From assembly GCA_030066985.1 (NCBI GenBank), contig JASJAN010000001.1:69976-133975 (forward strand): a stretch of 64,000 bases of DNA, in the 5' to 3' direction. A program made the translations under genes and the position numbers. The DNA is from Desulfobacterales bacterium (GTDB lineage: Bacteria > Desulfobacterota > Desulfobacteria > Desulfobacterales > JAHEIW01). A model generated the notes under the pieces. That model had not been told where the DNA came from and ran no database searches. It saw only the letters and a program-made list of their open reading frames with translations. This document shows positions 17,299 to 27,603 of this stretch, piece by piece. Every line of letters starts with the position of its first letter. Positions within the stretch are counted from its first letter, which is position 1.

Positions 17299-19471
17299 GT
17301 CGATGGCGCAGGCGGGTGAATCGTTGCTGGGTTTTATCGTTGTTGACACCGATGGCCAGCGCCTTGCGGCTGCCAACCATGACCACCAGATGGCGGCCTC
17401 GGGTGACGGCCGTGTAGATGAGATTGCGCTGCAGCAGGATATAGTGCTGGGTCAGAACAGGCAGGATGACGACCGGGTATTCCGAACCCTGGGATTTATG
17501 GACCGACACCGCATACGCCAGCACCATCTCGTCCAGTTCGTTGAAATTGTAAACCACCGACCGGTTGTCGAAGCAAACCGTCAGCTGACGCTCTTCGGTT
17601 TGAATGGCGCTGATACGGCCGATATCGCCGTTAAAGACCTCTTTGTCATAATTGTTGCGGATCTGCATGACTTTATCGTTAACACGGAAAGTGCGGTCTC
17701 CGCGCTCAATACCGCTGTTTCCGGGGTTTAATACGGTCTGCAGCCGATGGTTGAGGTTAGTGGCCCCGACCAACCCTTTGTGCATCGGTGTCAACACCTG
17801 GATATCGTCGATGGCATCGAAGCCAAAACGCGACGCGATTCGTCTGTGAGCCAGCTCCAGAATAATGTCCAAAACCTTCTCAGGGTCCTCCTGCTCAATA
17901 AAGTAAAAATCATTCTGCGGATTGGATATGTCAGATTGGCTGACCACCGGCAGTTCACCGACGTTAATTTTGTGGGCGTTGACGATAATGCGGCTGGCTT
18001 TGGCCTGGCGGAATATGTCCGTCAGCTCGATCACCGCAACAGCTCCGGAAGCAATCATATCGTTGAGCACATTGCCGGCGCCCACCGACGGCAGCTGGTT
18101 GACATCACCCACAAAAATACAGCTGGCGGTTGCGGGAACCGCCTTTAAAAGGTGGTACATCAACATCGTGTCGATCATCGAGGTTTCATCAACGATGAGC
18201 ACATCGCACTCGAGGGGATTTTTTTCATTTCGTTGAAATCCCAGTTTATGGATACTGTATTCGAGCAAGCGGTGGATCGTTTTGGCAGCCTCGCCGGTCA
18301 TTTCACTCATGCGTTTGGCCGCCCTGCCGGTGGGCGCCGCCAGCATGATATTGATCTTCATTTGTGACAGTATTTTAAGAATTGCCTTTACAATGGTGGT
18401 TTTACCGGTGCCCGGCCCGCCTGTGAGTATCAGGACTTTGTTTTCAAGGGCATACCGGATGGCCTCTTTTTGCTTTTCGGCCGGCCGAAAGGAAAGTTGT
18501 TGCTGGACCCATTCAATGGCCCGCTCTGAATCAACCGCACGCATCGCTTTGGGTGTGGAGAGCAATGCCTTCAGTCGGTTGGCGATGCCAATTTCACATT
18601 GATGATATCGGGTCAGATAAACTGCCTTGTTGTTGGCTTTAAAATCTTCAAGCCCTTCATTGATATCTTCAATAATGATCTGCTGATCGGCATTCAGGCT
18701 GCCAACGGCCCCGACAATCGGCTCACGCCCGACGCCAAGAATATCTTGACAGCGCTCGATCAGCGGCGCATAGGGATAAAACACATGACCGTCATCGGAT
18801 AGCTGCTGCAAGGTATAGACAACACCGGCTTCGACTCTGACCCTGGCGTCGTTTGCAAAACCGAGCTCTTTGGCAATCTGGTCGGCTTTTAGAAACCCGA
18901 TGCCGAAAATGTCGGTCGCGAGGCGATAAGGATTCTGCTTGACCACCGCAACCGAACGATCCCCGTAACGCTTAAAAATTTTAGTTGCATAAACCGCGCT
19001 GACGCCATGACTTTGCAAAAAAATCATCACATCGCGGATGTCCTTCTGTGCCTCCCAGGCCTTGGCGATATTGGCAAGGCTTTTCTCACCAATGCCCTTT
19101 ATTTCAGCCAGGCGCCCGATCTGATTTTCAATAACATCCAGCGTTTTTTCACCAAAGCGCTCCACGATGCGGCCGGCCATCACCGGGCCCATACCCTTGA
19201 TCAGGCCGGATCCCAGGTATTTTTGAATGCCGTTGGCGGTGGCCGGAACCCTGGTTTTAAACTGGGCCACTTTAAACTGCTTGCCAAATTTGGGATGTAC
19301 GGTCCACTCGCCCTGCATGTCGAGGATCTCACCGGGCATGGGTGCCATCAAATTCCCGATCACGGTGACCAGATCGCGTTTGCCCTTAACCTGCACCTTG
19401 GCAATCGTAAAGCCGTTATCTTCGTTGGTGAAGGTGATCCTTTCTATCTGACCGGATAATTCGGTGGGCAT
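17282..19471 (-). CDS. recD2: RecD2-type SF1 ATP-dependent DNA helicase
   Basis: 729 aa, Walker A GGPGTGKTT, N-terminal HhH-like repeats and a C-terminal YAVSVHKSQGSE motif typical of RecD-like helicases. Confidence 0.88.
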   Translation of the reverse strand: MPTELSGQIERITFTNEDNGFTIAKVQVKGKRDLVTVIGNLMAPMPGEILDMQGEWTVHPKFGKQFKVAQFKTRVPATANGIQKYLGSGLIKGMGPVMAGRIVERFGEKTLDVIENQIGRLAEIKGIGEKSLANIAKAWEAQKDIRDVMIFLQSHGVSAVYATKIFKRYGDRSVAVVKQNPYRLATDIFGIGFLKADQIAKELGFANDARVRVEAGVVYTLQQLSDDGHVFYPYAPLIERCQDILGVGREPIVGAVGSLNADQQIIIEDINEGLEDFKANNKAVYLTRYHQCEIGIANRLKALLSTPKAMRAVDSERAIEWVQQQLSFRPAEKQKEAIRYALENKVLILTGGPGTGKTTIVKAILKILSQMKINIMLAAPTGRAAKRMSEMTGEAAKTIHRLLEYSIHKLGFQRNEKNPLECDVLIVDETSMIDTMLMYHLLKAVPATASCIFVGDVNQLPSVGAGNVLNDMIASGAVAVIELTDIFRQAKASRIIVNAHKINVGELPVVSQSDISNPQNDFYFIEQEDPEKVLDIILELAHRRIASRFGFDAIDDIQVLTPMHKGLVGATNLNHRLQTVLNPGNSGIERGDRTFRVNDKVMQIRNNYDKEVFNGDIGRISAIQTEERQLTVCFDNRSVVYNFNELDEMVLAYAVSVHKSQGSEYPVVILPVLTQHYILLQRNLIYTAVTRGRHLVVMVGSRKALAIGVNNDKTQQRFTRLRHRLSPSG

Positions 19472-19557
19472 GACGGGTGTCCATTTGCACGAGTTAAATT
19501 GGATGGGAGTTCATTCGAAAAAATCGAGTATTCGTTGATGAAATCAAATCCTGCCAC

Positions 19558-19968
19558 TTAGACCCAATCGGGTAGTCGTATTTCCGACTCTGGCGGTGAA
19601 TCCGGTATAAAGCACTTAATGTCAATGACTGGCGTACCGTCAAAGGCATCGATGTCTTCAATGTGAATGCGCAGCCCTTCAATTGAATTTATTTTACAGC
19701 GCGTCAACCCGACCAGATTAGGCCGCAGGGGTGAATGAGTGCCAAAAACGCCGGTCAGGGGATTTTTTTCGTCTTTGCGGGGGTACACCCGCAACGTATT
19801 CCGTCGGTCGGCCATATCGTTTTCATGGAACCAGAAAAACACCAGGATATGAGAAAAACCCTCCAGTCCCAGCAGCGCGTCGGCATAAGGCTCAAAGATG
19901 TCGATCCATGCCGCCTCCTCCTTTTTATTGAGCCTACCCACGGGAAATATCTGAAAAGTTTGTGGCAT
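19558..19968 (-). CDS. TsaA/TrmO-like (YaeB family) domain protein
   Basis: GFSHILVFFWFH, GVFGTHSPLRPN and DGTPVIDIKCF match the TsaA-like beta-barrel domain. At 136 aa it carries the N-terminal domain only. Confidence 0.7.
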   Translation of the reverse strand: MPQTFQIFPVGRLNKKEEAAWIDIFEPYADALLGLEGFSHILVFFWFHENDMADRRNTLRVYPRKDEKNPLTGVFGTHSPLRPNLVGLTRCKINSIEGLRIHIEDIDAFDGTPVIDIKCFIPDSPPESEIRLPDWV

Positions 19969-19982
19969 CGTATCTCTCCGGA

Positions 19983-21938
19983 TTAATCACTTTGGAGTTC
20001 TTTGATGTCTGCATAATAATCCAGCGCCTGCGGATTGCTAAGGGCATCTTTATTGAGCACTTCCTGGCCCTGGATCACTTTTTTTACCGCCAGCTCCACC
20101 TTTTTCATATTAAGTGTGTAGGGGACATCCGGCACGCTGATGATTTTAGCAGGCACATGCCGCGGCGATGCATTGACGCGGATGGTCTGGCGGATGTTAT
20201 CTTTAAGCTCATCTGTCAACTCAACCCCTTCATCCAGCTTAACAAATAAAATCACCCGGACATCATTTTTCCAATCCTGGCCGACCACAACGCTGTCGGC
20301 AATTTCCGGCATTTGTTCCAGCTGTCGGTAAATTTCAGCTGTGCCGATGCGAACCCCACCCGGATTCAGCGTGGCATCCGATCTGCCGAGCATCACCACT
20401 CCGCCGCGCCGGGTGACGGTTACAAAATCGCCATGGCGCCAGATGTTGGGAAACACATCAAAATAAGCACTATGGTATTTTTTTCCGTCCGGGTCATCCC
20501 AGAAATAGATGGGCATCGACGGAAAGGGCTTGCAGCAGACCAGCTCACCCTGCTCATCGATCAGCTCATTGCCCAGCTCATCAAAGGCGCGCACATCCAT
20601 CGCCAGACCGCGGCACTGAAGCTCGCCGGCATAAACCGGCAGCATGGGGTTGCCAAGGGCGAAACAGCCGTTTAAATCGGTTCCGCCGGAAATGGATGCC
20701 AGCTGCAAATCGGCTTTAACTTCCTCATAAATAAACTCAAAACCTTCGATGGACAGCGGGGAACCGGTGGAAAGAACAGCGCGCAACGGTGACAGATCAT
20801 GGTTCTTGGCGGGTTTGACGCCCGCATTCATCAAGGCGGCAATATAGCCGGCACTGGTCCCAAAGACCGTTATTTTCTCATCCTGGGCCATTTCCCACAG
20901 TGCGCCCGGGTGCGGGTGAAACGGATTGCCGTCAAACAACACCAGGGTGGCGCCAACCCCCAGCGCACAGGTCAGCCAATTCCACATCATCCAGCCGCAG
21001 GTAGTGAAATAAAAAAGCGTGTCCTCACGCTGCAAATTGGTGTGCAGGATGTGTTCTTTTAACTGATGCACCAGAATGCCGCCGGCACTTTGCACCATAC
21101 ACTTGGGCAAACCGGTGGTTCCGGATGAGTACATGATATACAGGGGATGATCAAAAGGGAGTTGTTCGAATTCGATTTCCAGGTCGGATTCTGATGAGCG
21201 GAAATCCTGATAATGAACGGCATTGGCGATGGCGCTGATATCTGCTTTGTCCTCAGTGTAAGGCACAACGACCACTTTCTCAATGGATGGCAGTTCTTTG
21301 AGAATATTTGAGATGCGTTCCAGAGAATCCAATTTTTTGCCTTTAAAGGAGTATCCGTTGGCCGTAAACAGCACCCTGGGCTTGATCTGACCAAAGCGAT
21401 CGAGCACGCCCTTGATGCCAAAATCCGGTGAACACGATGACCAGGTCGCGCCCATGCTTGTGGCTGCCAGCATGGCAACGATGGACTCGGGCATATTGGG
21501 CATAAACCCCACTACACGGTCGCCGGGCTGAATCCCCAGCGCTCTCAACGATTTGGCCAGGCGCGCCACTTCGTCGTAAAGCTGGGCGTAGGTCATCCGG
21601 ATAGACGGCTGGTCTTCGCCTTTGAAGATCAACGCCACCCGATCATCCCGGTAGCGCAGCAGATTCTCGGCAAAATTGAGTTTGGCGCTCGTGAACCACT
21701 TGGCACCCGGCATTTTGGCGCTGTCATCGATGACCTCATCATAGGTTTTGGAATGCAGGATGTCGGCAAAATCCCAGAAAGCCGCCCAGAATTCAGAAAT
21801 GTTCTCAATCGACCAGTCGTAAAGAGACGCATAGTCTTTGAAATTCTGCTTGTAGGTTTCATTTATATAAATCATGAAACGATACATATTGGACTGTTTG
21901 ATTTGTTCCTCGGTGGGTTGCCACAACAATTTAGCCAT
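19983..21938 (-). CDS. Acetoacetate-CoA ligase (acetoacetyl-CoA synthetase)
   Basis: N-terminus MAKLLWQPTEEQIKQSNMYRF and AMP-binding motif YSSGTTGLPK. Start is ATG 21938 after GGGGAGGA. Confidence 0.85.
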   Translation of the reverse strand: MAKLLWQPTEEQIKQSNMYRFMIYINETYKQNFKDYASLYDWSIENISEFWAAFWDFADILHSKTYDEVIDDSAKMPGAKWFTSAKLNFAENLLRYRDDRVALIFKGEDQPSIRMTYAQLYDEVARLAKSLRALGIQPGDRVVGFMPNMPESIVAMLAATSMGATWSSCSPDFGIKGVLDRFGQIKPRVLFTANGYSFKGKKLDSLERISNILKELPSIEKVVVVPYTEDKADISAIANAVHYQDFRSSESDLEIEFEQLPFDHPLYIMYSSGTTGLPKCMVQSAGGILVHQLKEHILHTNLQREDTLFYFTTCGWMMWNWLTCALGVGATLVLFDGNPFHPHPGALWEMAQDEKITVFGTSAGYIAALMNAGVKPAKNHDLSPLRAVLSTGSPLSIEGFEFIYEEVKADLQLASISGGTDLNGCFALGNPMLPVYAGELQCRGLAMDVRAFDELGNELIDEQGELVCCKPFPSMPIYFWDDPDGKKYHSAYFDVFPNIWRHGDFVTVTRRGGVVMLGRSDATLNPGGVRIGTAEIYRQLEQMPEIADSVVVGQDWKNDVRVILFVKLDEGVELTDELKDNIRQTIRVNASPRHVPAKIISVPDVPYTLNMKKVELAVKKVIQGQEVLNKDALSNPQALDYYADIKELQSD

Positions 21939-22196
21939 AATTGTCCTCCCCTTCACGGTGATCTGAGCTCAAAATCCAGATGGAATATCATTGCGATTGC
22001 AAATCTGGTTTCATCATGTCATTTACCGCCATTGTTATCCATTAGTCAAGAAAATGCCTTCAATTACCGAATCTTCAAAGGCTTTAATGCTTGAAGGTAC
22101 GCTCAATTTTAGATATCAGTATTCCACATTGGATGAGCGGTCACTGATTTGAAGTTGTTGACAGCCGTGCAAAATGAGGAGCAAAGGAGAACTCTA

Positions 22197-23231
22197 ATGC
22201 CGATGATCGAATTGCGGTCAGATACGATGACCCAGCCAACAGCGACAATGCGACAGGCAATGGCCGAAGCAGAGGTGGGCGATGATGTTTTTGGTGAAGA
22301 TCCGACCGTAAACCGCCTGGAAGACATTGCCGCAGATCGATTGGGAAAGGAAGCTGCCTTATATGTCACCAGCGGCACGATGGCCAATTTGGTCAGCGAA
22401 CTGGCCCACTGCGGCCGTGGTGACGAGATCATTCTGGGCAGTCACGCCCACACTTTTTTTTACGAGCAGGGCGGATCCGCGGCGGTGGGTAGTTTACACC
22501 CCCGAACGGTTCCCAATCAACCGGACGGCAAAATGGCACTCGACGAAATCGAAGCCGCCATCCGCGGCGATAACGTCCATTTTCCCCGTAGCCGGCTTAT
22601 CCTGCTAGAAAATACACACAATATCTGCAATGGCTGCCCGCTTGAAATCGAGTATATGCAGGCGGTCGGCGATATTGCCCGACGACATCAATTAAAAATC
22701 CATGTCGATGGGGCTCGATTTTTCAATGCCGCCGTTGCGCTGGGCGTTGACCCCGGGGAATTGGCCGCTGAAGCCGATTCGGTCTCCTTCTGCTTGAGTA
22801 AGGGCCTGGCGGCACCTGTGGGATCGATGGTTTGCGGATCTCAGGAATTTATCAATGAAGCGCGTCGGGTGCGTAAGCTGCTCGGTGGTGGTATGCGTCA
22901 GGCCGGCGTACTGGCGGCTGCCGGCATTGTGGCCCTCAATGAAATGGTGGATAGGTTGGCGGATGACCACGCCAATGCCAAAAAACTGGCCGTGGGTCTT
23001 GCCCAGATACCAGGCCTGTCCATTGATCCGGATCAAATACGAACGAATATCGTCTTTTTTGAGTTACCCGGTAAACCGATGACCGCGCAACAATTTACGC
23101 AGCAAATCAATGCCGCCGGTGTTCGAATGCTGCCGGTCGGACCTCAAAGGGTCAGAGCCGTTACACATTATCAGGTCTCATCCGATGATATCGACCGGGC
23201 GATAGACGTTGTCTCTAAGGTAATGGAATAG
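22197..23231 (+). CDS. ltaE: Low-specificity L-threonine aldolase
   Basis: RSDTMTQPT, GDDVFGEDPTVN and PLP-lysine context SFCLSKGLAAPVGS. Start is ATG 22197 after AAGGAGA. Confidence 0.85.
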   Translation: MPMIELRSDTMTQPTATMRQAMAEAEVGDDVFGEDPTVNRLEDIAADRLGKEAALYVTSGTMANLVSELAHCGRGDEIILGSHAHTFFYEQGGSAAVGSLHPRTVPNQPDGKMALDEIEAAIRGDNVHFPRSRLILLENTHNICNGCPLEIEYMQAVGDIARRHQLKIHVDGARFFNAAVALGVDPGELAAEADSVSFCLSKGLAAPVGSMVCGSQEFINEARRVRKLLGGGMRQAGVLAAAGIVALNEMVDRLADDHANAKKLAVGLAQIPGLSIDPDQIRTNIVFFELPGKPMTAQQFTQQINAAGVRMLPVGPQRVRAVTHYQVSSDDIDRAIDVVSKVME

Positions 23232-23279
23232 GATCCGGCATACGGCTCAGGGCTCATGGCACACGGCCGATGACCTAAT

Positions 23280-23507
23280 GGAAGTAAACTGGGTCCGAAA
23301 CTTATTAAACGATTTAGTTATGCCCATAATGAGAAGTTTGTTAGACGAAAAAAAGGAAGTAAACTGGGTTCGAAACCTTTAGATTTTGTTCGCTGGCAAG
23401 GCGCAATTAGGTTCAAAAGTGGAGCGTACACGTTAGTACGCGAGCATTTTGAACCTAATTGTAACACCGCCAGCGGGCAAAAGATGTGGGTTTGGAACCC
23501 AGTTTTA
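23280..23507. repeat. Composite repeat locus (element J): a 22-nt direct repeat x2, an 85-nt near-perfect hairpin and one inverted repeat copy
   Basis: ggaagtaaactgggtYcgaaac at 23280-23301 and 23355-23376, with an inverted copy at 23490-23507. The hairpin spans 23391-23475 and includes a perfect 14-bp aattaggttcaaaa/ttttgaacctaatt. Confidence 0.75.
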
Positions 23508-24755
23508 ATGTTTGAAGCTGCGTTGGCCCGTATACACCATCGTCGCATCGGCCTCGTTGCAGGCTTCGATGGACTGATAATCGTTGCCGGAGCCCCCGGG
23601 TTGGATGACCGCCGTAATGCCTTCACGCAGGCCCACATCAACTCCATCTCGAAACGGAAAGAAAGCATCGCTGACCATGGCAGCCCCAGTCAGCCCGCCT
23701 TTCTCAGATGCCACCTGGGCATCAATGGCTGATTTTTTATCCGCATCGGTCAATTCATTGTAAGGCAGACCGTGGGATTCAAAACAATACCGATCGGCCA
23801 GTTTACGATAGGCTTTATCTCTGGCAATCTCAGCCACCCCTACCCGATCCTGCTCGCCGGTACCGATGCCCACTGTGACCTCATCTTTGACGTAGATAAC
23901 CGAATTAGACGTAATCCCGGATTCCACCAACCAGCCAAAAAGCAGATCATCATATTCTTTATCGGTGGGTTCCCGATTGATCTTGTAATGCTGACCTTTG
24001 TACTCACATTCGGCCAGCTTAAGATCATTCTGTGAACGGGTGGTCGGCACAAACGACCACTGGGCAATGATACCGCCGTCGATCAGACTTTTAAATTCAA
24101 CACATCTTTGCCCCACAAACGATTGCAGCCTTTCAATGTTTCCGATTTTAACCACGCGCAGATTGGGTTTCTGGGCAAAGATATCCATCACACCCTGCTC
24201 AAAATCGGGCGCGACCACCACTTCGGCATACTGTTGGGTGATGGCCTCAGCAGTGGCTTTATCGACCGGTTGATTAACGGCAATACAGCCGCCGAAAGCG
24301 GCCACCCGGTCGGCCATATTGGCTTTGACATAGGCATCGACCAATGTGTCGGCTCGGGCCACTCCACAAGGGTTATTGTGTTTGACGATAACCACGCTGG
24401 GTTTGTCCACAAAATAACGCAAAATGTTTAGCGAATTGTCGGCATCGGTCAGATTGGTCTTGCCCGGGTGCTTGCCGGACTGCAGCAGCTCAATGTCAGA
24501 TGCCAGAAACTGCCCCGGCTGAAGGGTTTCGGTTTCACCGAGCACCAGGTTGCCGTTGACCAGTTTATACAAAGCGGCTTCCTGGCCGGGATTCTCACCA
24601 TAGCGCAGGCCTTTTTGAACGTCATCGACAACCCAGACCACTTTCTCATAAAAAAGCGTCTGACGTTTGTCGGCATCCACAAAACTGATTTCCATCTGGG
24701 GCGGAAAATGGTCATCCATCACGGTGCGATACATCTTTTTAAGGTCTTCAACCAT
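23505..24755 (-). CDS. purH: AICAR formyltransferase (PurH C-terminal activity as a separate polypeptide)
   Basis: LRYGENPGQ and other AICARFT-domain signatures. The ATG is preceded by AAGGAG, which sits inside the end of the upstream gene. Confidence 0.88.
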   Translation of the reverse strand: MVEDLKKMYRTVMDDHFPPQMEISFVDADKRQTLFYEKVVWVVDDVQKGLRYGENPGQEAALYKLVNGNLVLGETETLQPGQFLASDIELLQSGKHPGKTNLTDADNSLNILRYFVDKPSVVIVKHNNPCGVARADTLVDAYVKANMADRVAAFGGCIAVNQPVDKATAEAITQQYAEVVVAPDFEQGVMDIFAQKPNLRVVKIGNIERLQSFVGQRCVEFKSLIDGGIIAQWSFVPTTRSQNDLKLAECEYKGQHYKINREPTDKEYDDLLFGWLVESGITSNSVIYVKDEVTVGIGTGEQDRVGVAEIARDKAYRKLADRYCFESHGLPYNELTDADKKSAIDAQVASEKGGLTGAAMVSDAFFPFRDGVDVGLREGITAVIQPGGSGNDYQSIEACNEADATMVYTGQRSFKH

Positions 24756-24759
24756 GATA

Positions 24760-25449
24760 TTACTCCTTATTTTTAATTTGATAACAGGTAGTTACATCAT
24801 CGATCGGTTTTGAAACCAAAAAATCGGCAATGGTACGATCATAAACGGCGGTGTGGTCAAATGCTTTGCGGGCCAGCTGGAAACGTAGATCCAGAGTTGT
24901 GGCGCCCTGGTTTTCGTTAAGCACCGTCAGGATCTTTTCGTAATCAGCCGGATCAACGACAGATGCCACCCGGATGTAGTTTTTGGCAGAGGCCCGAATC
25001 ATGCAAGGCCCACCAATATCGATATTGCCTCTGGCCTGCTCCACAGTGACATCGGGTTGGGATATGGTCTGTTTGAAAGGATACAAATTGACCACGACCA
25101 TATCGATGGACACACTGCTCGTGCGACTCAGGTCGGCCTGGTGGGCATCATTGTAAGTCTCTGTAAGCAGCCCCAGGTATATTTTAAAATCCAAAGTCTT
25201 GACCAACCCGCCTTGGGTCTCGGGCTGCCCGGTATAATCTGAAACCTGCATCAGGCGGCCGGAAACGGCATCTCCCAGAATTTCACGGATGCGACCATAG
25301 GTCCCTCCTGTTGAGAAAATCTGAATTTGGGGATTGATCTCAACCAGGCGCGGAATAAACTGCTCAAGCCCGCTTTTGTCGGAGACACTGACCAGCACAT
25401 TATGCACCTTAACAACATCATCTACCCTTTCTACGACATTAATGCTCAT
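24760..25449 (-). CDS. purH: IMP cyclohydrolase (PurH N-terminal MGS-like domain as a separate polypeptide)
   Basis: VLVSVSDKSGL, STGGT and MGS-like fold signatures. The stop TAA lies 4 nt before the downstream ATG. Confidence 0.85.
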   Translation of the reverse strand: MSINVVERVDDVVKVHNVLVSVSDKSGLEQFIPRLVEINPQIQIFSTGGTYGRIREILGDAVSGRLMQVSDYTGQPETQGGLVKTLDFKIYLGLLTETYNDAHQADLSRTSSVSIDMVVVNLYPFKQTISQPDVTVEQARGNIDIGGPCMIRASAKNYIRVASVVDPADYEKILTVLNENQGATTLDLRFQLARKAFDHTAVYDRTIADFLVSKPIDDVTTCYQIKNKE

Positions 25450-25454
25450 AGTGG

Positions 25455-26177
25455 TTACCTCTTTCCTTCATATTCTGCTAAAAAGCGGTTAAAAAAACCT
25501 TCCATGTAGGCATGGCGCGAGCGGGCCAATTGTCGGCCTGTTGCAGTCAGCATTTGCGCTTTGATTTTACAGAGTTTGACTTTAAATTCGCGATATCCGG
25601 TGTCATCAATTGAGTACGGTTCTGTTTTTTCAGCATCAACGTCAGGATTGTGCAGTCGCGCTCCCAGTTCGCCGGCAAAGAGAAATGCCCGGGCCACCCC
25701 AACCGCACCAATGGCATCCAATTTGTCGGCATCAAACAACACCTTGGCTTCGATGGTGGCGGGTTGCCGATCACTGCGAAAGCGGTGGGTGCGAATACAA
25801 TGGATGATATTTTGCTGTTGGGGCTTTGAGAGCGGAAGCGATTCGACAATCGGCTTGGCCATTTGGGCGCCTTTGACAGCGTGACAGATACCGCCGTTGG
25901 CGGCATCCTGCTCAGATCGCCCGATATCGTGCAGGTAAGCCGCCGCCTTTAATACATCCATGTCTGTATTTTCTGCAGGACCCAGCTTTTCACATAATCG
26001 ATATACCCTGAGGGTATGATCCCAGCCATGACTGCCGGCAGCGCTGTGAAAACACTTATGGGCAAAATCCTTCATCTGCTCAAGTGCCCGCTGCATAACA
26101 CTGCGGTCAGTTACAGGGGCGTCTGATGATGGCTTACCGTCAGTTCTAGTATTTTTACCCTTTTTTTGATGTAACAT
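25455..26177 (-). CDS. HD-domain metal-dependent phosphohydrolase
   Basis: GWDHTLRV ... AAYLHDIGR (H...HD) and a later DADKLD. Confidence 0.75.
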   Translation of the reverse strand: MLHQKKGKNTRTDGKPSSDAPVTDRSVMQRALEQMKDFAHKCFHSAAGSHGWDHTLRVYRLCEKLGPAENTDMDVLKAAAYLHDIGRSEQDAANGGICHAVKGAQMAKPIVESLPLSKPQQQNIIHCIRTHRFRSDRQPATIEAKVLFDADKLDAIGAVGVARAFLFAGELGARLHNPDVDAEKTEPYSIDDTGYREFKVKLCKIKAQMLTATGRQLARSRHAYMEGFFNRFLAEYEGKR

Positions 26178-26553
26178 CCTAGTCTAATTCTAGTATAGAA
26201 CCAACGCGTCTGGGACAGCAATCGCTATGGATCGCTTTAGTTGATATTTAGAATGCGTAGGCGTATCGCCCTCGTACGCTCAAGATGCCGTAATTACATT
26301 GTATTTTACCTGGATAAGTGGGCGCGGCAAGGTGGAACGATGACCGATTACCGTGGCTATCTGCCCGGGACAGACGGCGTATGGGATCACAGGTAATCCA
26401 TTTCAGGTATCAGGACCATATACCAATTTGGATTCATCTTGCAAGAGGTTAGGGATTTATTTTTGTAATTTATTTTACAAACCGGAGTCTCGGATCAACA
26501 GAAAATTGTAGAAATACATACAATGCTATCTGAAATAAAATGGGCTGAATATT

Positions 26554-27552
26554 TTGGTAAACTTTTTGTTTCAACTGACCGATGAAACAATTGCAGCCCT
26601 ATTGGCTTCACATTTCACTGGAAGACAACAGACCGTGCAGGAAAAAAATTACATTCCCATCCGAAACTCACAGATTAATTACTATAAGGACATCGCGCTC
26701 TATTATGTTCAAGACGGTTCTTTTGTCTTGTACAAGCCACCGGGCAAATCGTTGACGGAATGTCGGCTGTCAGAAGAACGGCATCCGTCCGAACTGTATA
26801 TTCATCAGAAAGATCGATTGACTGCCATAAAAGTGCTGCAAACCGGTTTTAACCAGCACATTTTTACAAGTATTCAAACAGGAAATGTGGTGGCCGTGAA
26901 ATCAACCCTTTGCGACCTGGTTGAAGAGACCCTCAAAGAGCCGCGCAGCGGAACGCTAAAGGCATTGCCCGAAACGGTGGATATGCTGGTCAGCGGGTAC
27001 TCCAAAAATCCAGAGGTGGTCAAAACCATCGCTTCGATTTCATTTAAAGACTACAGCACGGTAATTCATTCGGTAAATGTGATGGCATTGACGCTGGGTT
27101 TTTGCTTTTACTCGAAAAGATCATTACAGGAAACCAAACGCCTGGGTTTAAGCGCCTTATTGCATGATGTGGGTAAAACCGAGATTCCGGACAATATCCT
27201 GAGAGCGCCCCGCAGATTAACCGGCAAAGAATTCAAGGTCATGAAGCGGCATCCCAAACTGGGAGAATTTATCATTAAATTCAAAAGCGGCATTGACGGC
27301 GACATCGCCAAGGGCGCCCTCGAACACCACGAAAAACTGGATGGCAGCGGCTACCCGCTGGGAACGCAGCGCATCTCATTTGTCGGTCAATTGCTGGGCA
27401 TCATCGACTGCTACGAAGCGTTAACCAACGAGGACCGACCCTACCGCAGAGCCAAAAGCCCGCTGGACGCCCTTAAGGTCATCAAAAACGACGTCGAAGC
27501 CGGAAAATTTGATCGCATCATTTTTGAAAAATTTTGCTATAGCCTTATTTGA
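26554..27552 (+). CDS. HD-GYP domain protein (putative c-di-GMP phosphodiesterase) with an uncharacterised N-terminal domain
   Basis: LLHDVGKTEIP and HHEKLDGSGYP. The start must be non-ATG (TTG 26554), because the first in-frame Met is ~150 aa in. Confidence 0.8.
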   Translation: MVNFLFQLTDETIAALLASHFTGRQQTVQEKNYIPIRNSQINYYKDIALYYVQDGSFVLYKPPGKSLTECRLSEERHPSELYIHQKDRLTAIKVLQTGFNQHIFTSIQTGNVVAVKSTLCDLVEETLKEPRSGTLKALPETVDMLVSGYSKNPEVVKTIASISFKDYSTVIHSVNVMALTLGFCFYSKRSLQETKRLGLSALLHDVGKTEIPDNILRAPRRLTGKEFKVMKRHPKLGEFIIKFKSGIDGDIAKGALEHHEKLDGSGYPLGTQRISFVGQLLGIIDCYEALTNEDRPYRRAKSPLDALKVIKNDVEAGKFDRIIFEKFCYSLI

Positions 27553-27603
27553 GTTTGTACCCCCATATCTTGCTTTTCATTTCATGCTTGCCAGCAACCG
27601 TAT

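Noticed and set aside
23505-25449. Two purH ORFs read as a frameshifted pseudogene of a fused purH
   Set aside because: The junction has an in-frame TAA, an AAGGAG SD and an ATG 4 nt later. Both ORFs are full length with intact motifs. This is consistent with a functional split gene.
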